IMG/VR virus record: IMGVR_UViG_3300012348_000120
Reading direction: 5' to 3' (one strand)
Source of the DNA: a virus
Lineage: Duplodnaviria > Heunggongvirae > Uroviricota > Caudoviricetes
Length of the DNA stretch: 46,205 nt
The position numbers were made by a program, and so were the translations under genes. How positions within the stretch are numbered: position 1 is the stretch's first letter; every line of letters starts with the position of its first letter. This document shows positions 34,553-43,054 of the stretch, one piece after another. The notes below the pieces were generated by a model. The model saw nothing but the letters and a program-made list of their open reading frames with translations. It searched no databases and was not told the DNA's origin.

Positions 34553-35559
34553 TTTATTTTTAGTTTAACGTTTATCTTGGTAGTATTGGAAATTCTACCG
34601 TCAATTATACTCTTCAGCGTATAAAACTTTCCATATCGGTTTACAGCATCCGCCGCATCTTTTATATCAGATTGCCACTCTGGAAACGAAACACTCCATC
34701 CATTTTCGATGGCTTGCTTTGCCAATTTCTTTCCTGCATTATCTCGGTCGGGACATACAATGATCTCTCCCTTATATTGATTCAGATAATCAATCTGTGC
34801 CTGTCCAGCCTCGTTTGATAGAACTCCTACACAATCAAGAGCGGCAGCGTCTATCACACCTTCAACCACGATAAGAAATTTGGTTGGCTCTAAGATTTTA
34901 TGAATGTTATACAAATACCCATTGGGTGCTTGAGCAAGATATTTAGTTTCTGATCTACCCGTAAAGTCTCTTGCTGCGTATCCAACAATCGTGCTTCCCT
35001 GCCAATATGGGAATATAACTCGCTTACGAAACTTCATATCATTGCACCAATATGCATCAACATGATCGTAAACACCACGATCAATAAGATACTTTGCGGC
35101 ATATATGGAATTCTCTGGCGGTTCGTCTGCCTTCATGAGCCATTCAGTTAATGGAAATGTTCCTTTCGGTAATTGAACTTCTGGGAAAGCGGGAAGCGAA
35201 ATCGTATTATGTGTTGGAACAAAAAAACTTGGACCGCTTGATAGTTCTTTTTCACGAATACTATCAAGTTGCAATCTTTTTATATCGCTGTCTGGTATTC
35301 CCAATAGCTTCATAAACCGAAGAAACTTCTTGTTTACTGTTCTTCCCTTACGATGTGATGCAGTGAAACCACAGTTGAAGCAATGGTATGAAATCAAATC
35401 AGTTTCAAACCGAATTCCACCACGCTGTCGGGTGTCGGGTCTTGGTTCTCCATTGTCAACGCAGCAAGGACAGTTGAATGACCTCCAACCGCCCGAACTG
35501 TTCCTGCTATTGCTTGGAATATAAGATAAAACTACTTCTTGAATATTCATACTCACCAA
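34549..35559 (-). CDS. dnaG: DNA primase (T4 gp61-like)
   Basis: Zn finger CPCC...CFNC, Toprim VVEGVIDA and CPDRDNAG. Confidence 0.88.
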   Translation of the reverse strand: MVSMNIQEVVLSYIPSNSRNSSGGWRSFNCPCCVDNGEPRPDTRQRGGIRFETDLISYHCFNCGFTASHRKGRTVNKKFLRFMKLLGIPDSDIKRLQLDSIREKELSSGPSFFVPTHNTISLPAFPEVQLPKGTFPLTEWLMKADEPPENSIYAAKYLIDRGVYDHVDAYWCNDMKFRKRVIFPYWQGSTIVGYAARDFTGRSETKYLAQAPNGYLYNIHKILEPTKFLIVVEGVIDAAALDCVGVLSNEAGQAQIDYLNQYKGEIIVCPDRDNAGKKLAKQAIENGWSVSFPEWQSDIKDAADAVNRYGKFYTLKSIIDGRISNTTKINVKLKIK

Positions 35560-35586
35560 TATATATCACTGGCAACGAAAAGTCAA
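35558..35586 (-). promoter_or_regulatory. Sigma70-like promoter of the primase-helicase operon
   Basis: TTGACT-17-TATATT; no GANTC in the spacer. Confidence 0.55.
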
Positions 35587-35589
35587 GAG

Positions 35590-36390
35590 TTAGTTTCTGA
35601 GAAGAATCTTAGATATTGAGCCTGTGGTGCTGGTGTATATGACTCTTAGCCAATTTACGTTGGCTTGGACCACGTATGCCTGAACCCCTGTCTCATTGTT
35701 CACTGTGATGGATGAATCATATAGAAGACGAGGAGTCAGATCAAACCAATCATAGTCGCTTGAACTTGGCTGAACACTCAAATCACCTTGAATGGTGACT
35801 GTCCCTGTAAATCCTTCATAGTATATTGCAATGGTATGAAGCGATTTTGACTTGATTGTGTTTCCAGAACCATCAAACACAGTTGATATATGCTTCAATC
35901 CATCATTAAAGAATATTGAGGTTTCCTGAGAATCATCAAACTCTGGATACACATCGTCTATTACTTCAATCACACCTTTTGCATTATCGTAAGTGTCAGT
36001 GTATATAATCTGTTCTACGCCATCTTCTACTGTATACATTGCAAAGGTATAAAATCCTTCTGGTAAAAGAATGGTGTCGGAAGTTGGTATGACTAACGAT
36101 GCCAAACCTTTTGTAGCATTTTCTACATCAGGATACATGAACAATACGTTTTCTCTTGACTGACGATCATACATTTTGAATATTAGTGTCTTACCAGTCA
36201 AATCAACTGGTTTACGGTCGGTGTCTCGTATACGAAATCGTAAGGTGTTGTCTATACCCTTATGTAGTTTGTGATGTCCATCATACATCGGCATGTTCCC
36301 CAAATATGCTGTTGCACTGGAAGTGTTGCTTGCATCCAGACACACCAGTTCTATTTCTCTATTATATTGAAATACGTTTACATTTATCAT
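35590..36390 (-). CDS. BppU-like baseplate/structural protein
   Basis: GIDNTLRFRIRDTDRKPVDLTG resembles a BppU N-terminal Ig-like domain; late motif at 36396-36403. Confidence 0.55.
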   Translation of the reverse strand: MINVNVFQYNREIELVCLDASNTSSATAYLGNMPMYDGHHKLHKGIDNTLRFRIRDTDRKPVDLTGKTLIFKMYDRQSRENVLFMYPDVENATKGLASLVIPTSDTILLPEGFYTFAMYTVEDGVEQIIYTDTYDNAKGVIEVIDDVYPEFDDSQETSIFFNDGLKHISTVFDGSGNTIKSKSLHTIAIYYEGFTGTVTIQGDLSVQPSSSDYDWFDLTPRLLYDSSITVNNETGVQAYVVQANVNWLRVIYTSTTGSISKILLRN

Positions 36391-36395
36391 AGATA

Positions 36396-36403
36396 TATTT
36401 ATG
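36396..36403 (-). promoter_or_regulatory. Late promoter motif (CATAAATA)
   Basis: Immediately upstream of ATG 36390. Confidence 0.5.
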
Positions 36404-36805
36404 CTAAATATCTTTATGTTTGATAATGAAAAAAAAGAATGGATACAAGAGAACTACCCATACTTCTCTTATATTCAATATGGCAAAAAAGATTATACGT
36501 ATTATCTTGGTATTTTGATTAATACCGATTCTACAATCACGTCTTTATATAACTTTGAAAAGATTTCAACCCCCGACCAACGAAAAAGTTTTATTGAACT
36601 TGGCGAACAATGGTGGTGGGAATCAAATAGACTTATTCCCATCAACATATTTTTAGGAGCACAAATTTCCTCTTTTAAATATTCAATAGTGAATATGAAT
36701 ACAAAAGATGTTGAGATATTATGGGGACCAGAAACAAGTCTGACAAATATTATACAGAAGCGTGTGAAGCGGCGTTCAATACAGCTTGTTCGCAAATTAG
36801 ATTAA
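36401..36805 (+). CDS. Conserved hypothetical protein (QWWWESNRLIPINIFL)
   Basis: 134-aa ORF, the only plus-strand gene in the right half; overlaps the mini-dnaE 3' end convergently. Confidence 0.7.
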   Translation: MLNIFMFDNEKKEWIQENYPYFSYIQYGKKDYTYYLGILINTDSTITSLYNFEKISTPDQRKSFIELGEQWWWESNRLIPINIFLGAQISSFKYSIVNMNTKDVEILWGPETSLTNIIQKRVKRRSIQLVRKLD

Positions 36806-37361
36806 GTTGGACAACTACCGCAGTCGCGTAGGAAACTGCGTGGCTTTTTTTGAAGTAGTAACCGTTGTCGTCGTCTGGCTTAATCCATACTTCTTTCATA
36901 ATCGCTTGCCATCCTTGCCGAATAAGATGTTTCTTTGCTGGACGTATAACGGCCAGAACCGCAGCCAATTGTTCAATTGACTTCGGCTTCAAAAGGTTTA
37001 CCGTATCATAATGATTATGAATGTGGGCCAGTTGAGAAACCACATCTTTTTCTTCTAATAATTCCCACAATGGTTCTGTCGCAATCAATCTATCCAAATG
37101 ATCTTCATTCCGAATACCAGTATATAGACTGTTATTCAGAAAGTCTATCTTGAAATATCCGCGATCTTCCGCTTCTCGAAAGTCAATTGACGCAAATCCA
37201 GTCAATGGATCATGTGGAATAGGATTGAAATATACTCCACTGTTATGCTTCTTTAGTGTGTTTTCTTGACGGGTCGTTGCTGGAATATGCTTAATGAACC
37301 GAAGAATATCATCTCGGTTCACAAAGTCAATATCAATGTCAGTTGAAATCTTCATTGCCAT
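36750..37361 (-). CDS. Minimal DnaE (DNA Pol III alpha) catalytic-core protein
   Basis: TDIDIDF (=PDIDIDF), KHNSGV (=HAAGV), KIDFL (=KFDFL) and YFKKSHAVSYA (=FNKSHAAAYA), all within 203 aa. Confidence 0.8.
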   Translation of the reverse strand: MAMKISTDIDIDFVNRDDILRFIKHIPATTRQENTLKKHNSGVYFNPIPHDPLTGFASIDFREAEDRGYFKIDFLNNSLYTGIRNEDHLDRLIATEPLWELLEEKDVVSQLAHIHNHYDTVNLLKPKSIEQLAAVLAVIRPAKKHLIRQGWQAIMKEVWIKPDDDNGYYFKKSHAVSYATAVVVQLNLICEQAVLNAASHASV

Positions 37362-37639
37362 ATCACCAGAAAGTATGCCGCATCATCTGGATTTTTGAAG
37401 TATATGCACTTTCGGTAAAATACAAACTCATCTTGACAGTTGTCCTCGCACCACACCACATTACTATTCACTGAATTTGGTATGAGAGTTTCTTTTTTTG
37501 AAAGTTTATTCAGGTCAATCATTGTCCACGAGGTATACTCAAAATTATTAAACTCACTTACATACCTACGTTGGTTCTTCGATCTCTTTGCGAGAGATCG
37601 AAGACGTTCAAGTGTAGATTGTGTGCGGGAAGAAGCCAT
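37352..37639 (-). CDS. Hypothetical protein, 95 aa
   Basis: ATG 37639 overlaps the PRT stop (TGATG). Confidence 0.5.
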   Translation of the reverse strand: MASSRTQSTLERLRSLAKRSKNQRRYVSEFNNFEYTSWTMIDLNKLSKKETLIPNSVNSNVVWCEDNCQDEFVFYRKCIYFKNPDDAAYFLVIWQ

Positions 37640-38181
37640 CAACGTTCCCAAGGAAACGATACCCAAGTATCGTTGTCAACATCGTTGAACTCTTCGCACT
37701 GATAGTCCATTGAAACCTTGGAATTTGCATTGTCAATCAGTGCAGCAAAGCGAACATTTGTATGCCATACTTCATCCCACGCATCGGAGTTGGGCAGACA
37801 AGACGAACTCCAGTCCTTCATAATCCATTCCATAGCGTCACCGCCACGGTTAATGTCATCAATGATTAGAATCTGCTTGCGTGACTTCAAGTCAGAAAAT
37901 CCACCAGTGGTCTGTCCTTCGGGAAGTTTATACCCAAATGCATCTTCACTCATCCAACAATTAGTCTCGGTGTTTTCTTCAAGACCTTCATTGGCCAGTT
38001 GAACACACAGTGTGTGCATTGGTATACCAGTCATATGAGACAACATTACGGCTGGAACCAATCCACCCCTTGTAATACCAACGATATAATCAGGTCGCCA
38101 GTTGTCTTTATACATTTGCATGGCGAGGTCACGAACAGCACGTTCAACATCGTCCCAATCATAATTTACTACTTTTGTCAT
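37639..38181 (-). CDS. Type I phosphoribosyltransferase (Gpt/xanthine-PRT-like)
   Basis: VGITRGGLVPA, PRPP loop LIIDDINRGG and C-terminal WVSFPWE. Confidence 0.85.
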   Translation of the reverse strand: MTKVVNYDWDDVERAVRDLAMQMYKDNWRPDYIVGITRGGLVPAVMLSHMTGIPMHTLCVQLANEGLEENTETNCWMSEDAFGYKLPEGQTTGGFSDLKSRKQILIIDDINRGGDAMEWIMKDWSSSCLPNSDAWDEVWHTNVRFAALIDNANSKVSMDYQCEEFNDVDNDTWVSFPWER

Positions 38182-38639
38182 TTTTCATCCTCAATTTCAG
38201 GTCCAAATAATAGAGATTCGGCAGCCTTATATTGTGCATACAAATCTTGCAAAACTTGGTATTGTTCTAATAGTTTAGCATCTGGAACAAGAATTGTCAA
38301 GCGTTTCTCAATGGTTTCCAATCTATCATTCAGGTCTGTCAGACTAAATGGCTTTCCAGTGTAAGGGTCAGAAATACTAATATCAGTCGCAGACCAATCT
38401 CCTGCATAAGCATAAGCAGCCCCATCGTTTATATCGATAGCACTCACATCAAGGTTATAGTTAGTTTGAAAGATAATGTCTTTCTCTTCGTCTGGAAATT
38501 CAGGAGTTCCATAATATGCTTCCTTGGTAAAACTTCCAAACTCTCGGCGCGTGACCGTCTTGCCACCATCGGGCGACTCGTATATATACTTTACTTCTTC
38601 ACTCATCTGCATCATGTCCATAAAGTAGTGCTTCTGCAA
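38178..38639 (-). CDS. Hypothetical protein, paralog A
   Basis: YIYESPDGGKTVTRR N-terminus; C-terminal L..Y..YK.AE.LL.G shared with the next gene. Confidence 0.6.
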   Translation of the reverse strand: MQKHYFMDMMQMSEEVKYIYESPDGGKTVTRREFGSFTKEAYYGTPEFPDEEKDIIFQTNYNLDVSAIDINDGAAYAYAGDWSATDISISDPYTGKPFSLTDLNDRLETIEKRLTILVPDAKLLEQYQVLQDLYAQYKAAESLLFGPEIEDEK

Positions 38640-39009
38640 CCTTATATTGGTTGTAGATTTCTTGTAGAATTTCCCACTTCTTCAGCATTTCTGGATTTGG
38701 TTTCAAAACGCAAAGGCGTTCTTCCAACATCTTTTCCATTTTATCGATGCGATTAGTGAGTTCACGATGTCTAATTTCATCAAGTGATGTGGTAGATGTG
38801 GTAGTTCCAGTGTAAGTGTAAGTTTTACGATCATCCCATTGCTTACCGTAATAGTCAGATGGGTAATAAACCGAACTTACGCCCAAATAACTATTTGGGT
38901 CATATGACCCCAAAGAACTGGTGGTTGATGCGGCGTTTATCTTATTGCTATTTGATTGAACCATTTGTTGCATATTTGCAATTAGTTCCTGAAGGGTGTA
39001 ATCATTGTC
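38599..39009 (-). CDS. Hypothetical protein, paralog B
   Basis: Probable start MDNDYTL near 39009; C-terminal domain homologous to paralog A. Confidence 0.55.
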   Translation of the reverse strand, partial: DNDYTLQELIANMQQMVQSNSNKINAASTTSSLGSYDPNSYLGVSSVYYPSDYYGKQWDDRKTYTYTGTTTSTTSLDEIRHRELTNRIDKMEKMLEERLCVLKPNPEMLKKWEILQEIYNQYKVAEALLYGHDADE

Positions 39010-39199
39010 CATTGTCATTCTCCTTTTTTTTAAGAGTGAAAGTTCCATCGGAATTATCAAACCATTCGATAACATCCCCTGGCTCCCAACCAACTTGGTT
39101 GAGTATATCTTCACTGAACTCTATAACTAAATCTTCTTCTTTGCCATTCTTCATGACAGTCGCCAACCAGCGATTGTCTCCTATTTTTTCTACGTTCAT
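39002..39199 (-). CDS. AbrB/MazE-like swapped-hairpin small DNA-binding protein
   Basis: DLVIEFSEDILNQVGWEPGDVIEW. Confidence 0.7.
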   Translation of the reverse strand: MNVEKIGDNRWLATVMKNGKEEDLVIEFSEDILNQVGWEPGDVIEWFDNSDGTFTLKKKENDNGQ

Positions 39200-39897
39200 A
39201 ACCCGGCTTTCTCCAATACATTCCGAACAAACTTAACATCATCACTCCGAACTTGAAACTTTCGTGTCCAGAACTCTGGGTCCATATAATCATTCACCAA
39301 CTTCAACTCCTGATCAGAAAACTCACTTAGGAGTTCAACACCAGAATTGCAGTTAAAAATAATCCAAGGACTAATACGTCCAGATCGTATCCAGTAGATA
39401 ATGCGCGACCGACTATTCTCCCGAAAGAATACATTAAACGGTTTATCATTTTCAGTCCCCCAATCTTGCATCAACATGATGCCACGTTCTAACGCCCGTT
39501 CCGCAGTTTCTTTTTTATTCAATTCATGAATATATGTTTCATATACTGCTTCATTGCACCATTTGTCAACCGCAATGCTGGAACGAATAACAAAGTCAAT
39601 GAAGTTTTCTGGGTCAACTGCATTGATTTGTAGCATATGCCTTCCAAACTTCGTGAAGGCTGTGTAATACTGGGAACTCGCAAACTGCTCATAGGTCTTC
39701 TCTTTCTTTTCGCCCATAGAGATTTCATAAAATCTACGAAACGCTAAGAAGCCAAGAACAACATACTTCTCGTCTTTGTTAAGCCATCTACGCTTTTGTT
39801 CGCATAAATGCGCAGACAAAGTTCGTTCTCTCTGAAATGTTTTGCTGCAAAACTGACACGTAAAACTCATTAACTCAACACACCCACTCGGTTGCAA
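39196..39897 (-). CDS. C2H2 zinc-finger-containing conserved phage protein
   Basis: CQFCSKTF-x7-SAHLC; start may be MSFTC. Confidence 0.7.
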   Translation of the reverse strand: MQPSGCVELMSFTCQFCSKTFQRERTLSAHLCEQKRRWLNKDEKYVVLGFLAFRRFYEISMGEKKEKTYEQFASSQYYTAFTKFGRHMLQINAVDPENFIDFVIRSSIAVDKWCNEAVYETYIHELNKKETAERALERGIMLMQDWGTENDKPFNVFFRENSRSRIIYWIRSGRISPWIIFNCNSGVELLSEFSDQELKLVNDYMDPEFWTRKFQVRSDDVKFVRNVLEKAGL

Positions 39898-40058
39898 ATT
39901 GTAGTTGTGCGAACATAATTGATATGATGCAAAAGCATATAGCCATTCTCAAAAGTATGATTTCCAATGGTAAGCGTGTTATTATTTTCGTCATACACAA
40001 TGCTTGGTATGCCGTCTACTTCACTTGTATAAACACGGTCCTTGACTGTAACTGTCAT
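39870..40058 (-). CDS. Small hypothetical protein
   Basis: 62 aa; coupled to its neighbours. Confidence 0.4.
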   Translation of the reverse strand: MTVTVKDRVYTSEVDGIPSIVYDENNNTLTIGNHTFENGYMLLHHINYVRTTTICNRVGVLS

Positions 40059-40540
40059 TTTGCCTTGCCCTTCTTTGATGTTTTGCCAAATATATCATTT
40101 ATTTCGCCATCTGTCAATCCAATACTGATTGCCAGTGACTTTAATTCTGCGGTTGAGTTCATCTTACAAAACAACTCCACTTCGTCCGACTTGAAGTGTG
40201 GATATACCGACATAACAAACTGTGACACTTTGTCTTTGGTCTTGTTGCTATGTGGCGGCTTGATCCATTCATGATACTGGCCTTTACCTGTGCCAGTGAG
40301 ACACATCAGCCGCCACATCAAATCGTCGTCTTTGTAAAGGTCAAGATAGTGCTTATTGACAAACTCATTGGTGTTTAGCAATGCATCATCCTGCCCTTTA
40401 CCTTTTACACTGCTTGCATAACGCAGAGTAAGCCAACTTGACCATGACTTTCTTTCTTCGTCGGTCAGGTTCTTATACCAATCAAAGTCCTGACGATCTA
40501 ACGCAGAAAGCATATCATTGAGAGGAATTTGTTTAGTCAA
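40055..40540 (-). CDS. Clamp-loader small subunit-like (gp62-like) protein
   Basis: L..LS-like N-terminus, W.TLRYAS, N-N...HY..L...L.W pattern and replication context; the call is by resemblance. Confidence 0.5.
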   Translation of the reverse strand: MTKQIPLNDMLSALDRQDFDWYKNLTDEERKSWSSWLTLRYASSVKGKGQDDALLNTNEFVNKHYLDLYKDDDLMWRLMCLTGTGKGQYHEWIKPPHSNKTKDKVSQFVMSVYPHFKSDEVELFCKMNSTAELKSLAISIGLTDGEINDIFGKTSKKGKAK

Positions 40541-40769
40541 AGTTTATTACTCCTTGCATCTTTTCTATTATTACATCAAACATAAATGAAATGTATGAAC
40601 AATCTTGTAGGGCCATCTTCTCAAAGTGATATGTAAACCCATAGGATGATTCCGTTATTTTTGAATAAGGACGGATGCTATGTGCATACAAAAAGGCTTC
40701 AAACGAAGCTGATGCTGTAGACGAAACAAATAAACTTACATCATACAAAGTGTCGTTGACCACTGACAT
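40533..40769 (-). CDS. Hypothetical protein, 78 aa
   Basis: Operon position. Confidence 0.45.
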   Translation of the reverse strand: MSVVNDTLYDVSLFVSSTASASFEAFLYAHSIRPYSKITESSYGFTYHFEKMALQDCSYISFMFDVIIEKMQGVINFD

Positions 40770-40989
40770 AGTTTATTCTCCCTCCAAACATCATACAAAA
40801 CGTAGCCGCATCTAACTCATGTTCGAATGCGAAGTAACAAGCAAGTTCCATATTATCCGCTGATCCAGGCCAATACCCATCATAAATGTTGTCTTTGTAT
40901 GACGTAGCATAAGCAATACCAGCGTTTTCACACCAATCTTTTGCTTCTCGCATGCCAGTTCTGTTTACTTTGAGTATGATCTTATACAT
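40741..40989 (-). CDS. Hypothetical protein
   Basis: ATG 40989 overlaps the upstream TGA (TGATG). Confidence 0.5.
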   Translation of the reverse strand: MYKIILKVNRTGMREAKDWCENAGIAYATSYKDNIYDGYWPGSADNMELACYFAFEHELDAATFCMMFGGRINYVSGQRHFV

Positions 40990-41489
40990 CAGAAAAAGTC
41001 GTAGCTGTTCAATACATCTGGAATACGGTTCATATCTTTTACAAAATATGCACAACGAGGGTTTTGTCTATGTTCAAGTGGTATTGCCAGTATATGCCCA
41101 TATTTGAGTTTTGGCAAGAACCATTTCACATCTGCAAAGATATTATTTACACGAATGGGTGCCCATTCCTGAGAAAATCCATTCAATGGATTCGTGATGA
41201 TCGTTTGAAAGTCTCTTTCATTTATACTGGTGAGAGGAACAAATTCCAACTGTCCCAAGTCACGGTCGCCAATCAGAATATTCCAGTCAAGCGGCATCTC
41301 TATTACATGGTTTCCAATTGACAAACTGATGCTTGGAGTGTTAAACGTTTCAATAAACACCAACGGTATGAAAAAGAAGTCGGGTTCTGACTTGTCTGTC
41401 ACATCCATGACACAGTAACGAATGTCTTCTATTTCATCTGGAAGATCATTCATCTCAAAACAAGTGTTTTCGGGGGTTAGTATTTTAAT
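40989..41489 (-). CDS. Conserved protein downstream of uvsW, possibly a degenerate Hint fold; probable ATT start
   Basis: GGAG SD 7 nt before an in-frame ATT (41489) gives xKILTPENTCFEMND; the first ATG is at 41453; an in-frame stop lies at 41508-41510. Confidence 0.65.
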   Translation of the reverse strand: MKILTPENTCFEMNDLPDEIEDIRYCVMDVTDKSEPDFFFIPLVFIETFNTPSISLSIGNHVIEMPLDWNILIGDRDLGQLEFVPLTSINERDFQTIITNPLNGFSQEWAPIRVNNIFADVKWFLPKLKYGHILAIPLEHRQNPRCAYFVKDMNRIPDVLNSYDFF

Positions 41490-41500
41490 TTTTCTTCTCC

Positions 41501-42952
41501 TTAGTAATTAACTTTGTTGACACGATAGGGATACTGCGCATCCGCATAATATTTCTTTCGTTCCGTCAAATGACGCTTACTGAACTTACACCGACTTGTG
41601 AAGTCCCATACCTGAACAAAGTCTTTGTCTTTCGCTGTCCGAACACCCCGTCCAATAGACTGAATGACACGAACAAACGACTTTCCTGGTTCTATCATAA
41701 TTAGATTGAAAATGCGTGGAATGTTTAGCCCAACCGCAGCAACGCCATAGGTGGCAACTGTAATGCTGTTGACAGACTGGTTGATTTCATCATATTCATT
41801 TTGACGGTCATCTGTTTTCATTTTTCCACTAACAAAAACAGTTCCAGGTGGAAGTCGTTCAATTAGGGCATTGCCAGCCGCCAAACGGTCTACAAGAACA
41901 AGCGTGTTGCCCGTCTTTGAGATTTCCATAATTTTCTGTGCCATAAAATCGGCACGTTTAGAATCTTCCAACAGAAATTTGAGTTCAGACTGATAGTTGT
42001 TATACTCGGCAGTCTCCTGCGTCTGTATAATCTCTACATGGCACTTAGACAATACGCCTTCGTCTTGAAGGGTCTTTGCAGTGAGTTGGTGAATTACTTT
42101 TCCAAGACTCGCATTGATAGATGCAACGTCCCAATCACCCTTTGGAATAGTTCCAGTCAGCCCCCAACGCAATGGAACATTCGCAAATACACCAGTCAAC
42201 AGTTCTTTCAGCACATCTGCTTTTGCCTGATGCACCTCATCAACAATGACACATACCACATCGGCAATAAAACTCTCAATGTCAGCCTTACCTTCTTTGG
42301 TTTGCTTCAGTAGCGAGTTCAGGGATTGCCAAGTGCAAATAGTATGAGTTTTTCCAATGTCCTTCTTGTCGCCAAAGTAAACACCATAATCCAATCCGCA
42401 GTTTTCATAATCCTTGGCGGTCTGTTTCACAAGGTCTTTGTTTGGAACGATTACAATTGATCTACCATACTTCTCTACCATACTCGCCATAGTGGCGGTC
42501 ATGATGGTCTTACCAGCACCCGTGGCGACTTCCTGCAATGCCTGTGGGTTCTCAATGAACTTGTTGATGATTTCAACCTGATAATCACGAAGCCGAATGA
42601 GTTCGCCTTCATGCTTGTGACCTATTGGCCAAGTCTTGTCACCCCAGTAGTCTTCTGCGATTTGGTCAAATTCAAGTGTGCCATGATTCAAACGATTATC
42701 TTCAATGTCGAACTCATAGCCAGCATCAACAATAATCGGAACAATATCATCCAGTAGGTTCAAGTAAGTTCTTCCACCCACATCACAGAACCTAACTGTG
42801 CCATCCCATCTGCCAAGTTTATAGGCAGGGGTGTGGTAGGCATGCGGAAGAAAGAATTTCAGCTTGTCGGAACACTTTCGCCGTGTAGATGGGTCAAGCC
42901 CATCCAACTTAATGTTTACCTCATCTTTGATTACAATTTTACATTTTTTCAT
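41501..42952 (-). CDS. uvsW: UvsW-like superfamily 2 DNA helicase
   Basis: RLRDYQ, VATGAGKT, VIVDEVH, WGLTGT and QSIGRGVR; start probably MKKCK. Confidence 0.9.
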   Translation of the reverse strand: MKKCKIVIKDEVNIKLDGLDPSTRRKCSDKLKFFLPHAYHTPAYKLGRWDGTVRFCDVGGRTYLNLLDDIVPIIVDAGYEFDIEDNRLNHGTLEFDQIAEDYWGDKTWPIGHKHEGELIRLRDYQVEIINKFIENPQALQEVATGAGKTIMTATMASMVEKYGRSIVIVPNKDLVKQTAKDYENCGLDYGVYFGDKKDIGKTHTICTWQSLNSLLKQTKEGKADIESFIADVVCVIVDEVHQAKADVLKELLTGVFANVPLRWGLTGTIPKGDWDVASINASLGKVIHQLTAKTLQDEGVLSKCHVEIIQTQETAEYNNYQSELKFLLEDSKRADFMAQKIMEISKTGNTLVLVDRLAAGNALIERLPPGTVFVSGKMKTDDRQNEYDEINQSVNSITVATYGVAAVGLNIPRIFNLIMIEPGKSFVRVIQSIGRGVRTAKDKDFVQVWDFTSRCKFSKRHLTERKKYYADAQYPYRVNKVNY

Positions 42953-42974
42953 GTGTATCCTCAACGTTTCGTAT

Positions 42975-43003
42975 AATATACCATATTAAGTCCTTGATTT
43001 CAA
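42975..43003 (-). promoter_or_regulatory. Sigma70-like promoter of the uvsW operon
   Basis: TTGAAA-17-TATATT; no GANTC in the spacer. Confidence 0.55.
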
Positions 43004-43006
43004 TAG

Positions 43007-43033
43007 AAAAACGATCCCCGAAGGGATCGTTTT
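43007..43033 (-). terminator. Rho-independent terminator after the AAA ATPase
   Basis: AAAAACGATCCC-cgaa-GGGATCGTTTT. Confidence 0.85.
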
Positions 43034-43054
43034 GAAGATTATTTCAACCAATGG

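Noticed and set aside
33104-42964. Inteins or introns in the helicases or primase
   Set aside because: Protein lengths and motif spacing are normal for gp41, gp61 and UvsW, with no insertions
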